This document shows positions 54,026 through 64,000 of a stretch of 64,000 bases of DNA, piece after piece; position 1 is the stretch's first letter, and each line of letters starts with the position of its first letter. Below the pieces are notes generated by a model. It saw nothing but the letters and a program-made list of their open reading frames with translations, was not told the origin of the DNA and made no database searches. Source of the DNA: Blasia pusilla (Eukaryota); NCBI GenBank assembly GCA_050084515.1, contig CM114271.1:23622001-23686000 (forward strand). The letters run 5' to 3'. Made by a program: the position numbers and the translations under genes.

Positions 54026-57000
54026 AGAATGAGAGAGTGAGAGAGCTTCATGGGGAGAGCTGGTCACTCGCTGTTTTTGTAGGTTGGGGACCGTGTTCCC
54101 CGTTCAGCGGCTCATGGGAGTGCTCACCGGAGCAAGGGCTGCTTTCATTACTCTTTGCATTTGCCGATTTTTCGTGTGGAAAAGTGGCGCGCGGAAGCGC
54201 TGCCCAATTTCTGATAGGGATTGAGTATGGGGGCGGGTTGCCCCATGCTGGTGCTCTCGGGAGCACCATGTAGCTTGCTGATTTGTATTTTTACAGATGT
54301 TACATTTTCGTTGGGAGAAATCAGCGCGGGAGCGCTGCCGAATTTTGTCTAGGAGAAAGAGACATTGGGATTTACGACAGTCCCCGTCAGTTTTTACTGA
54401 AATGTCCGATTCTAAATATTTTTTGATGGTAGCGTAAATCGTGAAGCTGTGCACACTGTGCAACAAACAGTGCACAATTTGGAGTTGCAAGCAAAAAGTT
54501 ATGGGCAATCTTGTAAAGCTGCCATTGCTAGGCGATTTTTAGGGTTAAATCGTGCAAACCCTAAATCAGCCGCCCCACCGGCGGCGGCCGTCGCCATCAT
54601 AGTCACCGTCAACGGTCGATGGTCAACCGTCACCATCATCGGTCGGTCGTCACCATCAGCGGTCAACCGTCACTGTCAAGGGTCCACCGTCCATTGTCCA
54701 CCCTTTGGGTGCCATTGCCGCCATTACGGAGTGGAGGGTCTTCCATGACGTTCGTTGATTCCTTGACTTGCGTCGCCACCACGTACTTTGTTTTGGACGC
54801 CACCGTCATCGCAGTTTCTTCATCAACCAGTGAAGGCAGATGACCTCCGGTTATGGTGTTTGAGTTTTGATTTCATGCTGCTATGTTGTGATTGGTAGCC
54901 GCTCGACGACGATCGAGTATCGTCGCGGACGCCCGTGAGCCGCAACGCCGCCGATTGCCGCGCCATGCCGCTCGGGGCGCACCGCACCATCTCGATCACG
55001 AGCCGCACCGTCATTGTGGAGCAGAGTGTGGGATTATTATTGATTGAGGAGGGTATGCCGCCGAGTGCCGCATCCCACCATCGGGGCGTGCCGTTCGAGC
55101 CGTTCGTGCCGCTGCAACGCCGCACCGTTCGTTGGGACCGCATCGTCTATCGAGGAGTTTTGAGCAAAGATCGATGACGGGAGGAGTATGACTTGTTGAT
55201 TGGAGGAGTTGTCTCCACGATCGAGTTGGGGTCGAGATTTGCGATTCTTTGAGGAGCGACATCGACATGTGTTCAAGTTAGGTTACCCATTCTGGTCCTT
55301 TACCCCGCACGTGTGAGGGATTTAGGATTTATTTGGGGATATTGGGTATGTGGATCGAGAGCATCATTTATGTATGTGGTTTAGGGACATAGACCTGTGT
55401 GGGATGTCCGGAGTTGAGGGTAGGTTGTCGATGAGATGATAGCCTGGTCGATTTGCCGCACCACGCCGCGTGTTGCCCGACGTTACGTCTCGGAGAGAGA
55501 GAGTGTAGATCGAGTGCCGCATGTTTGGGATGAGTGATTGAGGGATTCCTCACGAGGTTCAGAGTGATCGGGTGAGAGGGGCACGAGGGTCATCACGGAG
55601 TCTGTTCGGGACTTTGAGAGGTGAGGTGGTGAACCCGAGAGTAGCTCTAGAGGTTTTCGCGGAGTGGCGCGAGGTTTCGAGGGTCTCCACGTGAGGGACC
55701 ACCTCGACCTCCTTCGTGTCATCGTCAGACGAGGGGGAGGGTGTAGAGGAGTTTGTGAGCACATCGCCACACATTGTGAGTGGTCCTACCAGTTGGGCGT
55801 ATGAGATGGACAACCGGGGTAGAGGACGCGTAGGTTTTCAGTGCGATGAGGGGCGATTGAGTTGCACGATTTTATAGCAGAGTTTAGGAGTTGATGCGAC
55901 TCCCGGGCCAGGAACTCTAGAGAGTTCAACCCGTTCTGACATGGAACGGTATGTTCCAGCATTTAGAGGGGGCGCCCATGGGCGATTACCATGAGTTCTC
56001 GAGAGATATGCATGTGAGATCGGCGTGGAGGCTCTACTATGACCCACATTATGTGTCATGGACGGAGCCGTTCCCAGATGAGGAGGAGGAGTCGAGGAGA
56101 GGCTCCGCCTCTTCCACTAGTGACGTTTTAGGAGGGGTCACTCGCACAGAGCGATTGCATTGCCGTCTAGTCGGGTTCGTCCCGAGTTCAACCCGTGGTT
56201 GAGTTCTTTTTGAGTTGAGGGCGAGCTACCGGGGGCGGACGGAGAAGTTGCGGAGCATCCACGACTTCAAAGGCGCTCGGGTGAGAGTTTGCGTGAGGCT
56301 TACACTCGCTTGCGCGGTTGATCAACGTCACTCGGTGGGGTGACAGAGGCTCGAGCTATCCGGTCATGGTATGCGATCTTGGACCGGACCTGCGGACACG
56401 GAGTGCGGGAGGGGTGCTTCTTATGAACACCTCCCCTACGTTGAAGATGTTTTAGGACCGCCGAGAACATTGAGCGCAACATGGCGGAGGAGAGCGTAGC
56501 CACCATGGGTTGGGCGAGAAGCGATCCACGATTATGCACCACGTGTGCGGCAGAACGTGGACTCGAGATAGGTCGATCGTGGCACCACGAGCTCGGGGAG
56601 GATACCGAGAGGCCGTGCCCACGAGACTGCGCCTTCATATGCGGCTCAGCAGCCGCCTACTATTACTTGTTGGTCATGTGGTGGAGCCCATCATCAGCCG
56701 CGATTGCACTCGTCGGGGTCATGGGCGTGTGCCTCAAAGATGGAGGAGGAGATGGTCTTTGCACCAGGAGGTTATCAATGTGACTATTGTCGAGGTATGG
56801 TCATACACGCGCCATGTGTTTTAGTTTACATCTGAGTTACGCCTGGACCGAGGGCCAGAAAGGGCACCAGAGCGAGTAGCCGGTCCGGGTGGGCCTAGAG
56901 ATCGTGCTCGGTGGTCCCGTTGGGGACGAGGAGGGAGTTGCCCGAGAGGGTGGTGGAGCTGCCCGTGGAGGAGGTAGAGTACCACCATCTAGACGCGCCG

Positions 57001-58490
57001 AGGAGATGCCGGACGTGAGGTCGGGATGGTTGCTCGATACAACGACTACAGGAGAGAGATTGCCGCTATGGCATTGAGGTTACCCGATGCGGATCCGTGG
57101 CATCGACATCATATGGAGCAGCCAGAGATCTGGAGGATCCTAGATGGATGTGCGGGGTTGCCCAGATGGAGGCCGCCGCAGTTGTGATGCGTGGAGCGCC
57201 GCAGAGTTGGATCCACGGCCAGGGGAAGCCAAGAGATGGCAGACTAGGCTTCCTCAATCTTTCACGTTGTCGAAGCGATGAGGACCCCATCGATGGGTCC
57301 TCATCAAAGTTCCGGAGAGTTGGTAATGTTGTTGGTGTGCAAGCACGAGGGCGATGGGAGAAGCGAGTGCGGCGACTCCTATTGTTGATGCTCGGGAGGG
57401 GCATGTGTCGAGCACGTTGTTGGGGCGGCCACCGTTGTGTACCGCACTCCTTTATTTTTGCTTCCGATGTTGTGGCGTTGGGAGGTACGCCCGCCGAGGC
57501 TTTTTTGGCTGGCCGCTTCACTATGTGAGCGCGAGTTGGAGTTCTGCATCACGTTAGAGGTGATTGAGGAGGTGATGGACCTGCCCTTGAGCGGATGCTC
57601 GGGCCGCCCACGTCGATTCATGGCGGTGCGGTCGCTAGGATGGCGGAGATGCCCGCTAGACCCGCGATAGAGCGTGCCATGGCTTCTCCTGGTGTTGTGT
57701 TCTTTGGATAACCGAGGAGAGGTCTTCCAATTGGTGAGTCTTGGAGGTAGAGCTTTTAGTCCGTGGCAGCGTCTTGTTGATTCAGAGCGCAACCCTTGAT
57801 GTTGGGGAAAGTGTCATTAGAGGATTGGGCTTGACGAGAGCCGATGTGGAGTGTTGTCCATTTCGGATACTGAGACATCCTTGGGTGGAGCGAGTACCAC
57901 CACAATATATCACCCGACAGAGGTCGTGGTGAGGATTCGCCGGGACATCCTGAGATGAGTCCGTGGTGCGCGCCAAGGCGATAGTGATCGATCTTTGAGT
58001 CCTCGACGTCTTGGTTGGTGGAGGAGTGTTATACCCGATGGGGTTTTCCCTGGATTCTTGGGAGGAGTCGCATCTCTGAGACCAGGATGGCAATCAGGTG
58101 ATGGGCGCCTTAGCTCATTACCCGTTCGATTCACAGGTGCGATGATCGAGCAACGGCCAGAGAGATGGCGACCTTAGCAGATTTAGCAGTGCCATCACTT
58201 GGCCTAGTGATTTGATTGAGGGACATGTCCATGCAGAGGATACTCCCGTTCCTGACATTTCTATGGAGAGGAGTGTTATGGTAGCCGCATCATTCCGTGG
58301 AGGAGAGGTGCTGTGTGGGGGCTCGGACCGAGGAGCTTCAACGATTGGCGGTGCGCACGCGCGCATCAGCGTGGAGCGAGGCGTTTGCACGAGGCGTGGC
58401 GGGTGTGAGGAACCCGAGGTAGCGGGAGTGCTACGATGACACCCTTGGATACTACACCCATTGTGTGGTGTACCGGAGGAGGGTATTCGA

Positions 58491-59420
58491 GTGTTAGATC
58501 TCTTTGGAGGGATTAGCACCGGGTTAGGCTCTTTGTTTTGAGGCAGGAGTCGAGTCTGATAGTACTTGTATGTGGAGAGTGATGATGTTGCGGCGCGTCT
58601 CACTCGACATGTGGTGCAATTACGCCCACGTTTTCCCGACTTATTGTCTGCGCCGCGTCTGGGTACCGAGTTCCCCTACCGAGGGATATTTTGTTGTTGG
58701 GGGCGCAGGACTTAGAGCGGGTAGGGACCATTGATTTGGTCATTGCCGGTTGGCCATGTCAGGGCCAATCGAGTCTTTGGGACGAGGCGCGGGTTGGTGA
58801 CACTCGGTCCAGTTGTTTTGGGAGATGTTGAGGGTCTTACGGCGATTCTGCAGGAGAGCACCGATCTCGTTCTCCAGCCTACATTCTGGAGAAAGTGCCG
58901 ATCTCAGGAGACTCCAGGTCACGGGTCGTGATGAGTGCTCATCAGGTGCGTGCCTGGATCGGCCCAGCAGTGTTCTTGGATGCGGCGAGTGTAGGTTCTA
59001 GAGCCCATTGCCCGCATCTATGGTGGACCAACTTGGTGCCCCATGCGGTGTTATGGAGGGCGTATGCGAGAGTGGAGCGCCCCTCCCCTTTGTTAGTGGA
59101 TTCCATTCTGGATCCAGGTCGTCGATCACACGCAGTGAGGCACGATGATCGACCACCGCTGACTGTGGTCAACAGGGTAGGCAGGCCGCGGGCAGCCTTG
59201 CCCACGTTTGTGAGTTTTCCCGCTTCCTATGCATACAAGGAGGCCGGTCCTGGCTTGGTTTGGGATGACCAGGTTCAGCGGTTGGTGGAGCCCAACGCCG
59301 ACGAGAGAGAGCGAGCGATGGGATTTCCCAGAGTGACGGCAGTACCATCGGTGTCAGAGGCATCACGACGCCATGTCTTGGGTCAGGCGATGGACCTGAA
59401 TCGCTTGACATGGATCCTCG
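58491..59420 (+). pseudogene. DNMT3-like C5-cytosine DNA methyltransferase domain inside Pol, copy 2 (frameshifted as assembled)
   Basis: VLDLFGGISTG (58491-58523), IDLVIAGWPCQG (catalytic PC within 58748-58765), YILE.VP, DAASVGSRAH..HLWWTNL and ERERAMGFP...RRHVLGQAMD. Confidence 0.92.
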
Positions 59421-59766
59421 GCCTTGGGAGTGGTCGAGCGGCGTCGTATGAGATCGCGACAGATCACACGGCATTGCGTTAGGAGCCCCATGCCTACCGA
59501 GACGGTGGAAAAGTGGGCTAGGGGCGAGACCCGAGGAGATCTACGCACCGGGGGGAGATCGGGAGAGACACCCTTGGACTTCTTGGGATGTTTTGAAGGT
59601 ACGCAAGGAGATGATAGCCACAACATCGAAGCGTGGTTTCGGCAATCGCACGTGGAGGAGATCGAGTTTGCGATTGGTGTAGGAGAGCGGCCGAGTGTTG
59701 TTGTTCGAGACGGGTTGCACCATAGCAACCACCGATACCCGCGCCGGAGAGTCCTACCGTAGTCAC

Positions 59767-62700
59767 GATGGAGACTTGGGAGCCAGATATGGGCCCTAAG
59801 TTGACAGGAGGAGAGCGGCGCCGAATACATCGTTCCTCGGGAGTTATAGGAGCGCTGCGTTTAGCATGGAGGATTTGGGTACGCTGAAGGGACCGGGATC
59901 CGCATTGAGTTGTCGAGTGATATGCCGATCTTCCGGCGACCCTACACAGTCTGATGATATGGAGAGGGCTCGATTGAGTAGGAGCAAGACTTGGTCGGAG
60001 CGGGACTAGTGGAGATGTCGCATGGGGAGTATGCATACCGCCCTTTGTCATGCCCGCCAAGAAGGATGTGCATGGCAACCGGGCGGATAGGCGGATGTGT
60101 GGGGATTACCGACCTATCAATCGCGACGAAGTCCGATAGGTATGCCATGCCCACCCCGAGAGATCTTTGATGCGATTGGTCACGCAAAGGTCTTGATTCA
60201 TTGATTTTGAGTGGATACCATCACCGCCTATCGATTGGAGGACAGAGGAAGACGGCATTTTGGGGCATCGATCCTCACGGGAAGGATTGTTTGTACCAGT
60301 GGCGGTTCTTACCATTTGGGTTAAAGAACGCCCGGCTGAGTTTGAGAGGGTCATGGATAGGATCTTGGCTGGTCCGGATTTTGCTAGGTGTTATATTGAT
60401 GACATTGTAGTCTTTAGCGCCACGGTTGAGGAGCATGAGCAACATCTAGAGGAGGTGTTTCGGCGATTGCAATTACATGGGCTGAAGCTACATCCAGGCA
60501 AGTGCAAGTTCTTCTATGACCAGATTGAGTACTTGGGTCATACGATATACCCGGGGCCTTGGTGTTCAGCAGAGGCGAAGGTAGAGGCTATCTCACGCAT
60601 TCCACGCCCTACTGAGATGTGAGCCGTGATCGGCGCATTCATGGGATTGACGAACTTCTATTGGCGTACGTCAAGGGATTGATTTGATTGCGGGGGCCGA
60701 CCTTGCTCACCAAGGTGGATCACGAGTGGCACCAGGGGATGAGCAGAGCGAGCATTTCGATTGCTCAGGGCAAAGTTGGCGTCCGCACCCATCTTGAGGA
60801 GACCGATCGGGCGTCCTTTCGATTGCACCTGATTGGAGCATGTTGGGGCTTGGAGCGGTGCTCACCCAAAGATGATGATGAGGGTAGAGAGTTCGTGGTA
60901 GCTTACGCTAGCCGCTCGAACAACGCTGCAGAGGTGAAGCACACTCGTATGAGGGTGAGTGCTTGGTGCGATGTGGGGTGTCGCGCATTTCAGGTGTTAC
61001 TTATTCGGCAACCCCTTTACCATCATCATCGATCATCAACCACCTGAAGTGGTTGATGGAGTCCGACAAGCTTTGAGGAAGCTTGCGAGATGGGCTCTGT
61101 TGTTGCAGGAGTATGATTTTCAGGTGGTACATAGACCTGGAACGCTCAACCAGGATGCAGATGGGTTGAGTCGTAACCCATGCCCGAGTCAGCGAGATGC
61201 GATTGGAGCTCGATGGCATGGAGAGAGTGATGAGGAGTCGGTGCCAGGATGGCACGCGTCAGCCTATTTAGGCATGTTGGCTATGGAGAGCCAAAGTGTG
61301 GAGACTTCAATGGCGAGGTCTAGTGGAGAGTCTTTGGATCCCGAGGCCAGTGAGGACACAACAAGTGGCCGAGATATTCATGATGATGGAGTAGTCTTAG
61401 AGTACCTTCGTACTGGCAGCCTTGCGAGCACCATGAATGCTAGAGAGCGGGATCGGATCCTACAGCGGGCCAGACGGTTCCGTTGGGAGGGGACACATGT
61501 TTTGAGGGTTTGGGAGGATGGTAGAGTACGCGTAGTGCCGCATCCTTTGCAGAGAGCACGACTAGTGCAAACCATGCCCACGAGGAGTTGGGTCACTTTG
61601 GGGTGAAGCGGACGTATAGCTTGCTCCAGATTCGATATTGGTGGCGAGGCATGCAGGCGATCGACGTTCAGCAGATTTGTTGCCAGGTGCATGGTGTGTG
61701 ATCGGGTCCGAGCATCGTTCAATGCTCCGACTCCACGATTGCATCCATTACCGATCATGGGCTTAGGGTATAGATGGAGTTTGGATTTTGCGGGACCTTT
61801 GCCCTTGACGGAGCGCCACGGTCGTTATGTGTTGGTGATGGTGAGCACTTTCGAAGTGGATCGAGTTGGTTGCATTGCCTGAAAAAGCAAGTGAGGGAGT
61901 AGCTTATGCCTTCCTTGACGGTGTCTTTGAGTCATTATGGCGCACCGGTGAGGTGTTGATGACCAGGTACCGAGTTTAGCGGTGAGTTCCAGGCCTTGTG
62001 TGATCAAGCGATCGACCACCGCGACGACGACCGCGAGATCATCCCGAGGCGGATGGATTAGCGGAGAGAGTTGTGCAGACGGTGAAGAGGGGTTTACGCA
62101 AGTATGGCTTGCAGAGAGGTCACCTAGGAGATTGGGACCTCCAGTTGCCATGGTTGGCGATGGAATACAAATTCAGCAGGCAGGCATCCTTATCGTCTTT
62201 TTCACCGTACTTGCTACTTTATGGCCGAGAGCCAGATTTACCTGCGGCCATTCGTCGAGATGCTGGTGAGGTGCTGAACCTTGATGACCCAGATGTATGG
62301 GTGCGAGCATGTTCTCAGAGGGCTGAGTTATTTCGGAGAGTGATTCCCATGGCGTTCGAGAACTTGGCGATTGCACAACATCGGGATACGTTGAGGTATG
62401 CGACTATTCGAGGTGGTGGTTATCGACCAACTATCCGGAGGTTTCATCAGGGAGATTATGTCTATTTGCAGCGACGGCACCGGCGGCGTTGGATGTGATC
62501 GCAGGGCGCACTATCTTGAGAGTGCGTGACATTTTGCCATCGGGTGTTCTCTTGCTGGAGGGACGCGATGGTATGGTATGGAAGGACCATGTGCGTCATT
62601 GTGCGCCATGTCACCTTCCTAACATTGATGGTACAGTAGATCCGAGCTTAGTAGTAGTTCTTGCAGGCTTGCGTTGTATGTTGTGTAGTTCTGCCCGTGA

Positions 62701-62815
62701 TGCGGCCACGATGCTAGTCTGTGATGGGTGTTCGAGAGGATGGCATATGGCATGTTTGACGCCACCTCTCACTAGGGTTCCTCAAGAACGATGGATGTGT
62801 CTTAGATGTAGATAG
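59767..62815 (+). pseudogene. pol: RT - RNase H - DDE integrase - PHD region of copy 2 (many 1-bp indels as assembled)
   Basis: CYIDDIVVFS, VVAYASR, KLARWALLLQEYDF...HRPG..NQDADGLSR, WSLDFAGPLP. Intact PHD at 62675-62809, stop at 62815. Confidence 0.9.
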
Positions 62816-62986
62816 AGAAGTTAGTTCTACATTCCGACTTGTGTCTATGACATGGATGACAAGGAGGCGACTAACGATGGGGCCACATGAGCACCCGGCC
62901 TTCTTGCTCTTAGCGTCCGAGAGATGTATGTCATGGTAGGTAGGGATAGATGGCTATCTGGAGTTAGAGGGACCTAACCACCAGCT

Positions 62987-62993
62987 AGGGGGG
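62987..62993 (+). promoter_or_regulatory. Short polypurine tract just upstream of repeat B1
   Basis: AGGGGGG-C-GATTGG in copy 2 and AAGGGG-C-GATTGG in copy 1 (31368-31373). Absent before B2. Short for a PPT. Confidence 0.5.
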
Positions 62994-63772
62994 CGATTGG
63001 AGATATTTTGGTTCTTCTTGTCTCGTTGTTTGGATGCCATGAGTTAGCATGGGATCATGCGTGTTTGTGAGTGTGTTCGGTGACAGCGATGTATGTTGTG
63101 TAGCGATGTGTATGCACACGACAGCTATCACGTCTTTAAGGATAGATCGGTGGGATCTAATAGAGCGCCTTCATGAGTAGTGGAGGACATGCCCAATAGG
63201 TCGAGGGTGACCTGCTGAGGCCCTTGGAAACCTGAGATAGCAGGTTTCCCCTTCGTTTCGGCTCATTTGGAGCTATATTGAGGAACTTACTATTTTAGGT
63301 AAGTACCATTTTTAGTATATGATCGACTTAATATTTTTGGTAAGTGACCCTTGACCTCCTACATCAGGTCAAGAGCCAAGGAGGTGACTTGGGAGAATAG
63401 GTTACTATGGAGAGAGCTTGGGAGAGGAGAGGGGTATAACTCAAGGAGAGAGAGCTTGAGAGCTCATTCTCTCTTTGTTGAACCTCTTGGCATGAGGGGG
63501 CGGAGCTATGGTACCTTGCCTTGTGAGTGTAATCCAAGCCTCTCATTAGGAGAGTGGGTTTGGTTTGACATGAGAGAGAGTGCACACCTTTGAGAACTAT
63601 GGTGTGAGATGGTGGAGAGAGAGATTGGATCTTACTTTAGATTGGAGATATTTTGGTTCTTCTTGTCTCGTTGTTTGGATGCCATGAGTTAGCATGGGAT
63701 CATGCGTGTTTGTGTGTGTGTTCGGTGACAGCGATGTATGTTGTGTAGCGACGTGTATGCGCACGACACGGG

Positions 63773-63925
63773 CCTCTAGCTCACCATGTGCACGCCCTAC
63801 ATGGGCCTAGCTACAGACCACAAAACCATTGTGGGCTCTAGGGAGGGGCTTGGATGCGGGCCATAGGTACCCGAGCAACATGTCAGTCCAATGGACGGAC
63901 TTGTCCGCTTCCGTGCAACCTTGCA
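63773..63925. repeat. Right arm of the GC-rich host repeat; shares a motif with the left flank of copy 1
   Basis: atggacggacttgtcc-N7-tgcaacctt (63891-63922) is the reverse complement of aaggttgca-N7-ggacaagtccgtccat (20646-20677). Confidence 0.65.
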
Positions 63926-64000
63926 TGACATAGTTGGTAAGTACTTAGAGTTCTATCATGTCAATGGTGTAGGGAGTAAACATGATGATTGGCTAAAATT

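Larger units (their letters stand above)
53497..63768 (+). mobile_element. Full-length copy 2 of the split-repeat Gypsy-like retrotransposon (Gag-PR-DNMT-RT-RH-IN-PHD)
   Basis: TGTCACG...CACGACA termini, TSD CGGG (53493-53496 / 63769-63772). A1 53497-54010, B1 62995-63123, GC spacer 63124-63125, A2 63126-63639, B2 63640-63768. YIDD at 60392-60403. Confidence 0.95.

Overview
Repeat-rich eukaryotic DNA. It is most likely from a land plant: it carries a TTTAGGG tract, Copia/Gypsy debris and a plant-like DPH7 gene, but the species cannot be determined. The only host gene I can name is a two-exon DPH7/WDR85 homologue (49225-50774, minus strand). The window is dominated by one unusual Ty3/Gypsy-type retrotransposon family: two full-length copies (20810-32147 and 53497-63768, +), one internally deleted copy (34330-37691, -) and older fragments. 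Its polyprotein reads Gag (two zinc knuckles), protease, DNMT3-like C5-cytosine methyltransferase, RT, RNase H, DDE integrase, PHD finger. Instead of two LTRs it has split direct repeats A...B-gc-A-B (A 514 bp, B 129 bp), yet it has TG...CA ends and 4-bp TSDs. The internal B/A junction reconstructs to the palindrome GACA-GC-TGTC, and the primer-binding position is complementary to the predicted transcript 5' end (self-priming). My inference is that the cDNA is circularised and then opened by integrase inside one LTR. Both full-length copies sit about 120-130 bp from the same host-repeat motif. Also present: solo LTRs of another family, a Copia remnant, Helitron-like AT-rich repeats and a SWIM zinc-finger fragment. 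All alignments were done by eye.
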